Assembly (NCBI GenBank): GCA_951406725.2 | Contig: OX597825.1 | Coordinates: 14,818,001 to 14,882,000 of the forward strand | Length of the DNA: 64,000 nucleotides | Source of the DNA: Octopus vulgaris | Lineage: Eukaryota | Direction of reading: 5' to 3' | In this document: in pieces, positions 1 through 14,049 of the stretch | How the letters are laid out: each line of letters opens with the position of its first letter | Numbering within the stretch: position 1 is the stretch's first letter | Position numbers and translations under genes: made by a program | The notes under the pieces: model-generated | The model's database searches: none | Seen by the model: only the letters and a program-made list of their open reading frames with translations | What the model was told of the DNA's origin: nothing

Positions 1-21
1 GCCTACACACAAACACATGCG

Positions 22-69
<48 letters not shown>

Positions 70-271
70 ATAGAAATATTAAAATTACGAAGTCTCTCTA
101 AAAGAGATCGCGACAGCGCTACTGGAAATTAATTGATATACTAATATGGTAGTCTTATATAAGACTAAAACTGTCGCTTATTAGCTCCATGAGGCCATCC
201 GCCTTAAGATAGCTACTTGATACACAAACTGTATCCATATATATATTCCTCTGAATCTAAATTTTGCTGAA

Positions 272-336
<65 letters not shown>

Positions 337-432
337 GGATTAATGAATTATCCTTTGTTTACCGTTAACGTGGAAAATTCAATAAACAGTTACCAGGGTA
401 GCAAAATTCACGCAAGTAACAAGGATGTAGCG

Positions 433-472
<40 letters not shown>

Positions 473-488
<16 letters not shown>

Positions 489-752
489 TAGAAAAAAAAC
501 ACCTTTCATCAATTCAAAATGAATAATTAAATCACACCATCTAGAAAATTACATATAATAGAAAAGTTACAATTAAAATAACAATTAAAAAGTAAAGATT
601 ATTACATTATTCTTGTAACTTACTTAATCTTTACTATTTAATTGTTATTTTAATTTTTACTTTTCTATTATATGTAATTTCCTAGATGGTGTAATTTAAT
701 TATTCATTTTGAATTGATAAAAGGTGTTTTTTTCTAATATTTTATATATATA
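473..752. repeat. Long near-perfect inverted repeat (fold-back), ~128-bp arms, 23-nt spacer, abutting (TA)n; probably Penelope-like element end
   Basis: 473-601 (taaaatattagaaaaaaaacacctttcatcaattcaaaatgaat...agtaaagatta) is the reverse complement of 625-752 with about 6-7 differences. Confidence 0.9.
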
Positions 753-833
753 TTATATTGTGAGGAATTTGATTTAGTATTTCTAAATTGAATTCTTTTT
801 CCCTGTAAGTTTGGATTTTATTCCCTCAACTAA

Positions 834-872
<39 letters not shown>

Positions 873-934
873 GTTATACATGCATGTGTTTATACATGTG
901 TGTGTGTGTCTATTTATCTGTCTGTCTGTGTTGA

Positions 935-998
935 GAACTGGGGTTGATGTAATCGACTCATCCCGTAATTGCTGGCCTCATACCAAAATTCGAAATCA
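935..998 (+). mobile_element. Degenerate 3' fragment of family-B SINE
   Basis: actggggttgatgtaatcgactcatccc...ggcctcataccaaaattcgaaatc matches the tails of the copies at 32855 and 61551. Confidence 0.55.
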
Positions 999-1439
999 CT
1001 ATACATGCACGTAAATATGTACGTATGTGTGTTTGTATAGATAACTATTCAGACATTAAAAAATTCATAGCAATATAAATTGAACATGATATGATATAAT
1101 ATATTCAGTGAATGTATTTATAGCACAAATATTTTACATATTGTATTTTTTTGATTAATTTCCCAGACATTATCAGTTTCAATATTTTTCTGAATATATA
1201 TTTAATTAATTTAAGATATATTTAATTACTTTAAGATATTCTCGCTATAGACTTTCAAATAATATTTTACTACACATTTACTGGCTCTGTGTTCATTACG
1301 GAATCTATTTAATTAATAACTTATATATGGTAAAATTTGTTTCTTTGAATTATAGAATGTTTGCGTAAAGACAAAAGATGGTACAGATTTGGTGTGATAG
1401 TTTAACACTGAAGATTTTGATGAATCCAAGAAGGACATA

Positions 1440-2505
1440 GTTGAAGCCAAGGAGAAACAGATTGATCGCCTGACCATTGGAACAAGAATTTAAATAAGAG
1501 ACACTCCAACCTGGTCAAGCAGTAATAGGGACTAGGCATGACGGTCAGGTGATTAGTGATAACAGAAACGATGTAGGCATTTGCCCGACCTTTCTGAGAC
1601 AGTTTCCTGTGTAAGTTTGACGCTCTGTTTGCCACCTCGTCCCAGTTCTTATCCTGGAGGTCGGGACCGAACCAGACCCCGACCAGTACAGCTGGTCTGT
1701 CGGTCCAGCGTTCGACGACGCCATACTATGGCATCGCCCTGCCTCTCCAAGAGACCAACCGCAAACCCACCGATATGTTGGCGTTGATTTTAGCCCTTGC
1801 AACCGATTCAGATTCCTTGAGAATGGTACTAACCGTCTCCACTTCGGAGGCTTCCCTTCTGTGTCCGACTTTGAAAGGGATGTTCCTTATCTGTTCCAAA
1901 TTCCGCAGCAGTAGCTCGAGTGCCAACACGTACAGACGAGGCGACGGCGAGCAAACCTGACAGACCAAGGGTGCGATGACAAACGGTTCCTCAGATCACT
2001 GAACAGATGTTGCTGTTCATTGCAGCGATCCAAGCTCTGAAAATGGGTCTGCATTTTTAAAACTAATTGCGCTCAACAGAGGATCAAATAGGTCCTGCAT
2101 TCAGGTCGGCTTCTAAGTATCGATGGTCGACCCTATCGAATGCTTTCTTTTGATCCAAATTGATCAGAGGACTGTCGAAGCCAGCTTTGGTCCCAGACCT
2201 CTCTATAATGTAACGCAGAAAGTAGAGGTTGTCGTGGATAGACCTGATCGGGATTGCACACGTTTGCGCTTCTCCGACCAGACTATCGACGGCTAGTGAC
2301 AACCTTTTCTAGAACATCTTGGCTAAAATCTTAAACTCTGCGTTTGACAGAGTTATGGAATGAAAATTCCCTAGTAGGTCCCTATTGTCGGCGTCCTTTC
2401 TCAGCAGTGTCGCCACAAATCGGCTAACAGGACTAGAAATTCTCCCCTTCTGTTTCCAGTTTCGGTAGACGAATACCAATAGGGCATCGAGCAAATCTGG
2501 CAAAA
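1440..2505 (-). mobile_element. Decayed Tx1/L1-clade non-LTR retrotransposon, reverse transcriptase fragment (frameshifted)
   Basis: Successive minus-strand pieces: LLRKD..LGNFHSITLSNAEFKILAK (cf. NWRPISLLNxDYKILAK), QTCAIPIRSIHDN, LINLDQKKAFDRVDHRYL (LDQEKAFDRVDH), VCQVCSPSPRLYVLALE (GVRQGCPLSP), AKINANISVGLRLVSW. Confidence 0.9.
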
Positions 2506-2538
2506 TAGTGATGATGGTGATGCTGATGATGATGATAA

Positions 2539-2730
2539 ATGTCTGGTGCATCCAGAGACTAATTTCAGAGGTGCTTGTCTCCACTTTGAAAACATAAAGA
2601 CACAGGAAATGTGTCAAGTCCAATAGGAAACGTTGTTTCCTAGGGCTAAATAACAGTAGCATTCTTCCTTTTCATGGGACTGTCATATTAAGTTGACAAC
2701 ATACTATCATTTTATTGTGTTGTTATTCAT
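2539..2730 (+). mobile_element. Diverged, 5'-truncated copy of the hammerhead-bearing element at 61201-61484
   Basis: Colinear similarity: ggtgcttgtctccactttgaaaacataaagacacaggaaatgtgtcaag...ttcctagggctaaataacagtag...aagttgac vs ggtgcttgcctccccttcgcaaatataaggacacaagaaatgcgtcaaag...ttcctagggctaaatagcggtgg...aagttgac. Confidence 0.8.
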
Positions 2731-2772
2731 AAATCTTTCTGAGAGATTTAGAAAATTATTATTTCTATTTTC

Positions 2773-3068
<296 letters not shown>

Positions 3069-4814
3069 GAACAGGTATAAAGACTCAGAATCACATTTTA
3101 AAAACTCTACTTGTGCTCAAGAGAGGAATATATTCTTGAGTGTGTGTGTGTGTGTGTGCGTGTTATTCCATTGTTCTCCAAATATTGAACATTTGTAAAT
3201 GCTTTTACACGAAGCTGCGGATATAGAAAGACGCATAAATATAACGAAGTATTTTAAGCCAAAGAAATACTTGATATATGCGAAAATAAACTGAACTAAT
3301 TACATATGAACATTTCCTTCGTACTTGATGTGTTCCCAATTAATTCAGAACCACTTTTGTAAAGTAAACCCAAGTAGCAAACAACAAGTAGTTTTCACGA
3401 GAACTGTAATTTGGACATTTATTCATAGATATTAACTGAAGTATACCATCACATCTAGCGTGAAATTAGAAATACTTTGGCGACTGTCATAAGAATCAAT
3501 GTTTGTCATTTATGTACATTATTAGGGAGACATGTAATTGATCTAAACTTTATCCCCAAAGTATGCGACAGAAATAAATGGCCATATTATATGCCGCAAA
3601 GCAGCAATTACATAAATCTCAGAAAGCATGAAATGATGTTAACATGGCCCGCCTTTCCATTTTATTATGCGGAAGAGGTTTAATACAAAGTAGTATATTA
3701 TCGGAATTCAATTTTTTTTTTGTTTATCAGAGTGAAAGCCAACGGTGTGTCCAAGGGGAGAATTGTCATTTAAAGACTATATCTACTACACTGCACTGTT
3801 CACCATACTTAATGGCCGGCTAATTACCGGAAAAGTTTGCAGACGCATAACTAGCTATAATTGCATTACATTAGTTTCATAGACAGATTCCGATATAATA
3901 TGTTGCGATTTTCTTTAATTCGAATGCAGAACAATTTAGAGTGTATAAATATAACGTTCACGTCGTTGAAGAAATTGAAGCATTCTACAACGCATGGAAT
4001 CTTGCATGTTTAATATAATATATGGCGCACGTTTTAGAATAACTGCGGAACCATTTGAGTTGAATATTAATAAAACAGATGATATTGAATTGTTGCTTTC
4101 ATGGAAGAACACTAAGGGGGAACAAGCACACAAGTATAGGATGTCAGATAACGAAATTAAATATGTAAGCCATGTAATCAAGCTCTCTATAATTTCCGTT
4201 TCTAATATCACTAAGAATGAAATATTTAGATGCTGTGGAGACATTTAAATCTCTCATGGCAATAGAGAAGTAATCTTAACAGACTAAATTACAAGAGAAG
4301 ACACGGTTTCATAAATAGTATTTAAAAATTAACAAGGACTCGATGAACTCTTTGTTATGCATAATGAACTGTTTATTTGATCCTGTCAATGCTACCATAT
4401 TTGAAGTTCAGTTTGGGGAATATTTCCTCTCATATATAAATCACACACTCACATATAAGCGCACAAATACATGTATCAGATTTTATTTTTTCCCGCTAAA
4501 ACTAATGCCACTTAAACAATATACTTCGACTGAGTGATGACACCACCGATCCTACGCATGCTATATATTTTTATTCTGGAAGGTCGCATTAGTTCTCGGC
4601 TGTCACGCCTCGAGTACGGACGTGTAGTGCTCTGTAAATGTGTTTTCGTTATCCACCGAAAGTATAAAACAGACATATTGCATCAGTATACACACACACT
4701 TTACTCCACACAAGGACACATATTGAGACACATTTCCACACATATAGAGATGCACATCCCTACATACAAACATGATACATAGTTGCAAAACACACACACA
4801 AATACAGGCATGCA

Positions 4815-4906
4815 CACACAAGGAGGCAGAGGTACATACATATACAAACACACGCTCACACACACAAGGAGGCAGAGGTACATACATATACAAACACACG
4901 CTCACA
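4815..4906. repeat. Tandem duplication of a 46-bp unit within CA-rich low-complexity DNA
   Basis: cacacaaggaggcagaggtacatacatatacaaacacacgctcaca occurs twice back to back. Confidence 0.85.
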
Positions 4907-5314
4907 CACACACTTACACAAAAAATACGCAAAAACAGACATGCAAGCACATGAATATGCAAAATACATACACACAGAACCACACATATACATACATACA
5001 TACATATATACATATGCATACACACATGTATACATGCACATACATGCATACATACATACACACATACATACATACGTACATGCATGCATGCGTAGGAACA
5101 CGCACACACACACACACACACACACTGATCCACACACATGCGCACAAACAAACAAAAAGGAATGCAGTGTAAATAACGGTCGGAGTCAAGACTATTGAAA
5201 AGGTTGCAAGACGCAACGAACACTTTAGGAAAATAAAAATAAGAAATAAGTGGAAATTTTACCGGTGAGAGTGTTTCAATTATAAGGCACAAAAAGAAAA
5301 TGACCCTCCCCAAA

Positions 5315-5555
5315 CACAACAGAATATTGCATCAAGTTTCGCCCAAAAAGCTCAAATTACACAGGTTATCCAGCTGGCCTTTTGCAATAATGCAATGGGC
5401 AAAACTCAGATCAAAGATTGGTACAGCCGCTCCATACATGACCGTACTTCAATGGAAAATGAGGCACGCTTAAACAGGCCATTCACAAGCCGAAATGAGG
5501 AGCTGATTGAGAAGGGTCGGCGAATAGTCAGGGAAAATGAAAATCATCGTGTAAA
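5315..5555 (+). mobile_element. Mariner transposase N-terminal (HTH) remnant
   Basis: ..CIKF..TQVIQLAFCNNAMGKTQIKDWYSRSIHDRTSMENEARLNRPFTSRNEELIEKGRRIVRE resembles the mariner AMxxxQxxEWxxRFKxGRxSVExxxRSGRPSTS motif. Confidence 0.85.
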
Positions 5556-5683
5556 AAAGACTATTAAATTTCTCGCGAAATTATTCGGTAGCCATGATAA
5601 AACTCCGAGTTTCGGATGCCTACCAATGACTGACTATGCGCTTTTCTCCCTATTACTTATATTTCTCTATTTTATTTTGAATA

Positions 5684-5725
<42 letters not shown>

Positions 5726-5783
5726 TTATACATATATACATATACATATATATCTATATATATATACACATACATATATACAC

Positions 5784-5814
<31 letters not shown>

Positions 5815-5831
5815 CACACATAGATATATAT

Positions 5832-5884
<53 letters not shown>

Positions 5885-6040
5885 CACAAATATATATATA
5901 TACACACATATATACATATATATATATACATATATATACATATATATATATAGACATATATATATGTATCTATATAGGTACGCACATATATGTATGTATA
6001 TATATACATATATAAGTGGGTGTTTGAATGTTTATATGTA

Positions 6041-6088
<48 letters not shown>

Positions 6089-6656
6089 GACACATACACA
6101 AACACACATATGTGAGTGAGCGTATGTCTCTGTGTATATACATGTACGCTTTCCTACATGTATGATGTATGTCCATGCGTCTTTGTGATGGGCGCCCGTT
6201 TTGCGAATTTCTCTTTGCAAGTCGATTTCTTTTTGAGTATCTTTATCTCAAGATCTAACAGAGAAATACCGAGAATAGAAATCGACCAAAGAAATATGCG
6301 ACTAAAATGCTATAAATACTAACATAGTCAGCTGAAAAACAAATAAAATAATTAAATGAACATTTTTGAGAAATTACAATTTAGTGCTGCTGACGAAAAT
6401 TTCCTATTTTCAGACTGTATTTTGCGCAGTTAACGGCATTAAACAATATAATATTGTATAGTAAAATGATCTGATTCTTCTTGTTAAATATGCTAGCAAA
6501 TTTCACTATTTACATTAAAAACAATCTTATTTGATGTTTGCATAATTGATGATACTTTTAAACAACATCAATTCAGGGAGACGTCTTTATTTAGGAGTCA
6601 TTATAAGGAAATATAAAACCAGTTATTGTGTTCCTTAGCTGTCATTGCTAAGTATA

Positions 6657-6874
6657 CGAGTGATTGCTGAATAGTTCCTGGTTTTGGGTAAAATAAAATA
6701 CGAGAGGATTAGTTAATTAAGATTTTATTCAATATATCCCCCTCTCAGATCGACACACTTATTGTAGCGGTCGTTCAGGTTTGCTAAGTCCCATGAAAAA
6801 ACCCCGGATGATTGGAGCCACCAACCTGACTTTCGCGATACCCTTAAATCCAGGGACTTTTCAGCATCTCCTCG
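6657..6874 (-). mobile_element. Mariner-derived MITE (internally deleted), ~33-bp TIRs, TA target duplication
   Basis: TA|cgagtgattgctgaatagttcctggttttgggta ... tacccttaaatccagggacttttcagcatctcctcg|TA; the minus strand retains the transposase C-terminus RYNKCVDLRGGYIE*. Confidence 0.88.
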
Positions 6875-8930
6875 TATATGGCTGTGTGTGTGTGTCTGTG
6901 TGTGTGTGTGCGTAGTGTACATCTACATGAACATATACACATATGTATATATAACTGTGCATAAATATATGTATGTACCTTTACACACACACAAGTGCAC
7001 ATACATACCTACACACATACATACACACATATGTGTATATATATATATATATATATAGCTTAAATTGATATAAGCTATATGAGGGCCTAGTTACAGGAAA
7101 ATGTGTAAGAACCTTTCAGGATTTAGGGGTATAAAACACATCGTATGTATACATGTGATTGGAGTATGAATTTTAATATTATTACCCCCCACTGCTGCGC
7201 AATGAGGAACTATAAAATGTCGCGTATTTCAGAATTCAGCTTCGCAACCATACATCTCTTTAGATTCTTCTCTGCTGCATCTTGCTGACGTGGGTGACTT
7301 TTTTTTTTGCCAAAGCCATATAGTTCCTCTAACGTTAACATTTATGAATGAAATTCATTCAACCGAAACACACCCGTTGCCCAATTAAAAGCCTTCTAAC
7401 TGGGGCATTATTTGCTCTCACACACCTATGCTTATTAATATTCAGATTCCAAGGTATTAAATGACAGAGGGAAATCATTCTGCCCGCATGACGTCAGCCT
7501 GTCCCAAAATTGTATTGTATGCGCTATTAAAACCCATAACACGATCCTGTATTTCACAGTAGTGTTTATCTTCTGACTTCCTACGCAACATTAAAATTAT
7601 CAACCCACGATTCTGTGATATCTGTGCCAAAGATATAACTCATAATCAAAGACCTAATCTCTTTAAGTTCACTGGAAGTAGTTTTTACCGATGTACTATT
7701 AAATATACCTGCCGAAATTTGTAAGTCGGCCACCTGCACGCTTTATAAGTCAGCCACAATTTATTTTTTTATATCATAGTCATCCACGGAATATATGAGT
7801 TATAAATGTAATCCTATATACGCTAATCATTAATAGGTTTAGTTTGTATGTTGAAGAAACATGCGCATTTTCTTTACTGTACAATTAAATGTGGGGCAAT
7901 GGAATGATTTATGTCAATAACCCTGACACGATTCAATATAATAAACTGGATTGATGTGGGAATAGCAGTGGTACCTACTTTATTGAATATGAATGAGAGA
8001 ACTGATATGAAACGCGTTATCTTCGACTTCATTAAATATATATAAATGATACTAAATACCATGTGTGATTTTGTCTAATGCACCGTCATTTCGGCATTTG
8101 TATAGCATAGAAATTAATACCAACTTAAATATGGAAATAGATGCAGTATAAGGTATGCTGCGAAGCTATTGATTATGATTCATGAAGTCGCAATACAAAA
8201 TTCAAAATTGTTCACTTATGGAAAGTCAAAATCTATTGCTTCAAAATATTTGCATATTCATTGACATTAAAGATTTATTAAATCCTCTATAGACTCGTTT
8301 GTTTGACTATTTCACAGTATTTAATATTTCTATACCATTCATTTCCCCCCATTATCTGCTGTACACCGATTGAATAGAGAGATATGCCTGACATTTAATA
8401 GTATTAATAATAGCGCCTTTACTGTTTGCTACCGTCAATGTTCAGCACCATCACTGGTTAATTATTATTTACAGGGCTTTTAGCGTTTGATTCATAGTCC
8501 TTAGTTCCGTTTTCATGCAGATGGGAGATAAATCATACATGAATTACACTTATGTGTATCGTATGCATTAATCCCTGATGATATCGTATTTATGGTGACG
8601 ACTTAAATATACCTAATGTTGAACAGAAGGACAAGTGTATTCCATCAGTGATTATAAATTCCGATCTATGGGGAGAATATCCAGTAAGTTAATCGTTCGG
8701 CCATATTAACTTTGCATATTATTAGGAACGAGCAATTTCAGAAAAGGAATTCTGCAGGAATTATAATTACGAACAAATCTATTGTGACATCGACTTTGAA
8801 ATCAGTAAATGTTCATATATAGAGTTCGTTTAGAAAAACATCAATGTGTATAACTATCAAATATATAGCTGATCTTGATATTTTGTCACCCAGAATTACC
8901 CTTACCTAGGACAGAATAACCCTTACCTAG

Positions 8931-9159
8931 GGCGGCGAGCTGGTAGAACCGTTAGTACGCCGGGCAAAGTGCTTAGCGGCATTTCGTCAGCCGTTACGTT
9001 CTGAGTTCAAATTCCGCCGAGTTCGATTTACCATTCATCCTTTCGGGGTCGATAAATTAAGTACTAGTTACGCACTGGGGTCAATGTAATCGACTTATAC
9101 TTTTGTCTGTCTTTGTTTGTCCCCTCTATGTTTAGCCCCTTGTGGGCAATAAAGACATA
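8931..9159 (+). mobile_element. Full-length family-B tRNA-derived SINE (GGCGGCGAGCTGG head, Nin/Deu-like central domain) with 18-bp TSD
   Basis: A-box-like gagctggtagaa, B-box gagttcaaattcc, central ttcatcctttcggggtcgataaattaagtac; TSD agaataacccttacctag at 8913-8930 and 9160-9177. Confidence 0.92.
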
Positions 9160-10786
9160 AGAATAACCCTTACCTAGGACACCTGTCATAAAATATTGCC
9201 AATCCTAAATATTGAAGACTTCTGTTGAGACCTGTGAAATATATAAACACTCAAATATATCGATCTATTTCCAAAAAAGCTAGCTTGTAGCGCAAGAGAA
9301 TATTGGTTGTTATTTCTAGCAAGCTGAACGGTCACATGAAGTCTTCTGAATTGCTTTAGTCCAGTCAAACTACTGAATGTAGTTATCTAATAAATCGTAT
9401 GCCAGTTTGTTTCTTGGGTGAACAATTGATTTCAAATCCATCACACAGAGGAATGGATTGATTTTCTAAATCAGAATATAGACCCGGGTGCGGAGAAATA
9501 TCAATGGAAGATTCATTCTTGCGTGAAGGCAGAAAAGATTCAACAGTCACACGCTTAGACTCTTTTCAGGTGATAAACATACAGAAACAAGTTCTTGCAG
9601 ACAAACAAATATAATAACTGGATTGTGTAATAATATTCATCTACATTTGAGTATATCACAAGTATAATACTTTATATAATACCAAAACTGAAGAATCAAA
9701 GTGTATGAGGTTATGGACACTCTCTTTTATTAATATTCCAACGCGAAGTTCATACAGCTGTCAACTTCAACTCTATATCTTTCAGTTCCATGGAAATTGG
9801 AAAAGGTTTATATCCTGAAGATATCTCCTACACTAAACGAAATATCCTGTTTTCTCCCGCTACGATACTTGTTTGTTGTGAACCTGGTTAGTTGTTAAAT
9901 CCTTGACACTGCATACATTTCTGTTGCATATCAAATTTTGTACCTACCCATGTACATATACGTGTTATGAGTCCAGCGGACTTACACTACGCAACTCTGC
10001 TCAAATTATAGAATGTATTCTTCCTTATGGGTTAAATTACTTCTATTACAACAGGCATCATAAGTTGTTTAATCATTATTTATTCCTATGCGTCGACCAG
10101 CTCCAAATGTACTAACTACGATAAGCCAGTATTCATGCAGCAACATTCGGGTGTTAATTTACTTCTTGCAAAGCGACATTTTCCTCTCCTGATACACACG
10201 GAAAACCACATATCGAAACCGCATACATAAACCTACGCGCTGTAATATTTTACTTGGTGACTATTCATTTGATATTTTCAAATCAAATTTTATAGATTTT
10301 TCTGCACTGGGGTTTAGTAAGCGACTTTGTTTGCATTAAAACCATTGCAATCTATCGAATTTTCACGCACAGCGCTCATACAAATAGCTTATATACGCTA
10401 CGTAAATAAAACTATTTTATTAGGTCACTAAATGCAGGTTGAAAACTAAAGCTTCTGGAACTGTATTCGAAACGTTCATCATGGAAGGCTGGAGAAATAT
10501 AAAATCAAAACTTGAAAATTTAATTTCTTCAAAAGCCTATATATTGAATTCAAATTTCACTTCTTTTGATCGAATACATATTTACATATATCAGGCAATT
10601 GATATTCTCCGCATTCAAAAGACGGTTAAACTCAAACAGAAAAATAAAACACGGCAATTAGAGATAGTCGCACTACGCTATATCAAACTCATTTGTATGC
10701 AATTTTCTCCAAATATACTATACATAACGTATTAATTCGAACCGATAAGCATATGTATATGTATCTATGTGTTTATGTGTGTATGC

Positions 10787-10842
<56 letters not shown>

Positions 10843-10857
10843 CAATGTAGCTGTGCG

Positions 10858-10898
<41 letters not shown>

Positions 10899-10965
10899 AT
10901 GGATGTAAACAAAATATTTACATATGTAAGGCTAGATATGTAAGTGAATATTTAAGCAAATATAA

Positions 10966-11007
<42 letters not shown>

Positions 11008-11009
<2 letters not shown>

Positions 11010-11136
11010 GCGCAGGAAAGTAGCTTGCTAACCAAACACATGATTCCGGTTCAGTCCCATGCGTGGCATCTTGGGCAAGTGTCTTCTGCTATAGCCCGGG
11101 CTGACCAATGCCAGACGGAAACGAAGAAGCCTGCGC

Positions 11137-11213
<77 letters not shown>

Positions 11214-11397
11214 TGTGTCTGTTTGTCCCCCTAGCATTGCTTGACAACCGATGCTGGTGTGTTTAAGTGCCCGTCAACTAGCGGTTCGGCAAAAGAGACC
11301 GATAAAATAAGTACTGGGCTTACAAAGAATAAGTCCCGGTGCCGAAGCATGGCCGCAGTCAAATGACTGAAACAAGTAAAAGAGTAAAAGAGAGAGT
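11008..11397 (+). mobile_element. Family-A tRNA-derived SINE (ggcgcaggagtggctgtgtggtaag head), internally deleted
   Basis: Matches the copies at 42239, 43842 and 48059, including the internal (TA)n(TG)n and the aagtaaaagagtaaaagag tail. Confidence 0.88.
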
Positions 11398-12017
11398 ATG
11401 CGTCCATATATGTCAAAAGGTTACTAGGATCCAACTATACAAAATGTAGGAATTATGCAGCTAGCACGGAAGACTGTGTATATAATAAAATATATATTTA
11501 TTAGTATCTTCCCTGCAAATATACATACATGTAATTATATATATGTGCGTGTATGTCTGCCTGTGTGTGTTTATGCATGTGCGTTTGTGTGTGCGCATGC
11601 GTACTTTGAAAGGGGGACGAGATAGATAGATATGGATGTTGGTCGGTACTTCCATGAAAGTACAGGTTTTCTTAATATCCTATAGAAAAAGGTGAGTTCT
11701 GAACATTATTCTCCTGCTTATATTCTTCTAACTACTTTTACTCTTTATTCTTCTATTCTGGTCTTTTGATGCTCTATTTTACTCCTTTTAAACTGTGAAT
11801 CTTATTCCTCGTAAGCTGTAAATTTTCCCCGTCTATGAAAACCCAGTGCATGGACATGCTAATCTACTTCTTATTCCAGAAACGGCCGTAAGATCTGAAA
11901 ATATTCTAAATGACTTCAGGTACCCGCTCTGCCTTGGTTGTGATTTTTCCTCTCTTATAATATATACCCGCTATAACGGATCCCACAGTGCTTCTACAAA
12001 TGTATATAACTATATCT

Positions 12018-12210
12018 AGGGAGAGTTTACGAAAAAAAACAACAAAAGACGAAGTCAGATGGTGTACAAAACAAACATGTATTAGTATAACGCTCAGGAA
12101 TAGAGAAAGTCTTTTACGTTTCAGGCCCACGCTCTTCTACAGAAAAGGACACAGAAAACAAGGGGAGAAACAAGGAGAGAAAAAATGTGTGTAGTGGCTA
12201 ACGATCTATG
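12018..12210 (-). mobile_element. Penelope-like pLTR fragment with degenerate minimal hammerhead (12111-12147)
   Basis: Closely similar to 46522-46716; minus strand reads cctttt-CTGTAGA-agagcgtgggcct-GAAAC-GTA-aaag. Confidence 0.7.
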
Positions 12211-12764
12211 CATTACATATCGTATGAGACTTTTTAACATATAGCAGTTTGTAACTTGTGTTTCGATAAAACTTTAAAAACAAATTGCACCCTAGCTTGC
12301 AGAACTATAATAGACTGATCGTTTGGTGTCTACCGCGCTGAAACCCCTGGTTTATCGTGTTGATATCTTCTGAAATCTACAATAAAGTGTTAGTTTATCG
12401 TGAGTGTAATTGTAATATTTCTGACTAAAAAGAATTTCGTAAAAGTGCATCTGAACCAATCATGTGTGAAGGATAACACAGGAACTTACAGAATCAATGA
12501 TGATAATATGAAAGAACCGAGGACAACGTCATCGGTCTCTGATGAGAAATAAAGAACAAAGAACATTTCCATGCAACATTAACGAAAATATTTTTTGCGA
12601 TAACACCTTTGTTTGCTCTGATTCCCTGCAATATTTCTTTTCTTTCGGTTTAATTCTGCCTCATTAATCGTCCAAAAACTGATTTTAACATCACTAACAT
12701 ATCAAGATATGAAAAAAAAAGGTCTCGTTTCGTTAGCAGTCTCCCTTGTGTTGACTACCTATTA

Positions 12765-13028
12765 ATGTTGTTGTTTTTATTGTTGTGGTTGTTTGTTGTT
12801 GTTTTTCTTCTTCTTCTTCTTCTTCTTTTCCGTCTTCTAGTGATGCTTATTTCTCTCCTCCCCTTCCTATGCCGCTTCCTCCTCCTCCTCCTCCTCCTAC
12901 TACTACTACTCCTACTACTGATAATAATGATAATAATAATGATAATTACAATAACAACACCACTACTACTACTATTACTACTAATGCTACTGCTGCTGCT
13001 ACTACTACTTCCACTACAACTATTACTG
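12765..13028. repeat. Compound trinucleotide microsatellite (TTG, CTT, CCT, CTA, ATA, ACT, GCT)
   Basis: Direct reading. Confidence 0.95.
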
Positions 13029-13220
13029 AGTTAGAGACGTTGACAATAGTAGTAAAGAAAACTATTTTCTATACTAAAACAATTGCCAATTCTATAAGAA
13101 GGATGTATGCATGTATGTGTGCGTGCAGGTGTATGTGTGTGCATGCGTGTTTCTGTATGCATATATATATATATATACATATATACACGCACAACCATTC
13201 ACACACGTACACATACCCAT

Positions 13221-13253
<33 letters not shown>

Positions 13254-14014
13254 ACATATACATACGTGTGTGTGTATATAAAACGATAATGTAAAATAAA
13301 TATATAGACATAAATGTATATATAAAAAGAGAAACACATTTAAATGAAACCTCTCTGTAGGTGGGTTCTCTACATTAGCATGTAAATTTAACTCGAATTT
13401 AAGTAGAGAAGAATATATTTGTGTGCGAAGATTAAAATCATACCCAGTATACCGTCCCCACTAATAAAGGTTTTTCTGGTCTTTGGAACTGTATATCAAA
13501 CAAGTACGCGTATTAATATATGATATCAATATTTTATCCCCTTGATATGTAGTTTTTCAGGGTATCAAAGTATGTAAATACACATACAGCAATCTCGTCC
13601 ATCATGTAGAAAGAAAACAGTTTGAATTACACTCTTTTAAGCACACATGTCGCTGGCTTGAAGCAAAATACGAAATGTATAGCAAACCAATCTGAAATAA
13701 TGTAAGTGCTTAGCAAAATTTCTCCGGGGATATATTCTCCAAATTAAAGTGCTCGACATTTTCAGATACAGAAATCAAAGCGCACAACTGGAGCTATGTA
13801 AATCTAAATTTTTGGTAAATATATAAAGAATGCTTTTACACGGAAATTCCTTGAAAGGGCATGATATTCGTGAATAGGGCTAGGAAGAGAAAATAAAACA
13901 TATACTGTAAAACGCAATGAAGGAGGAAATAAGTCAAGGCATAGATATTAAAATAAAATACAAGCATATACATAATTTACGCATGACATAAACTTATCTC
14001 CAGGAGATCAAAGG

Positions 14015-14049
<35 letters not shown>

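Noticed and set aside
7200-8100. Possible protocadherin or other pseudogene on the minus strand (VRVIDINHSIAP resembles VxVxDxNDNxP)
   Set aside because: Only a single weak motif; no LDRE or AxDxG motifs at the right spacing, and many stops in all frames.
8931-9020. tRNA gene-like A/B boxes, here and in the other SINE heads
   Set aside because: They continue into SINE bodies and do not form complete cloverleaves.
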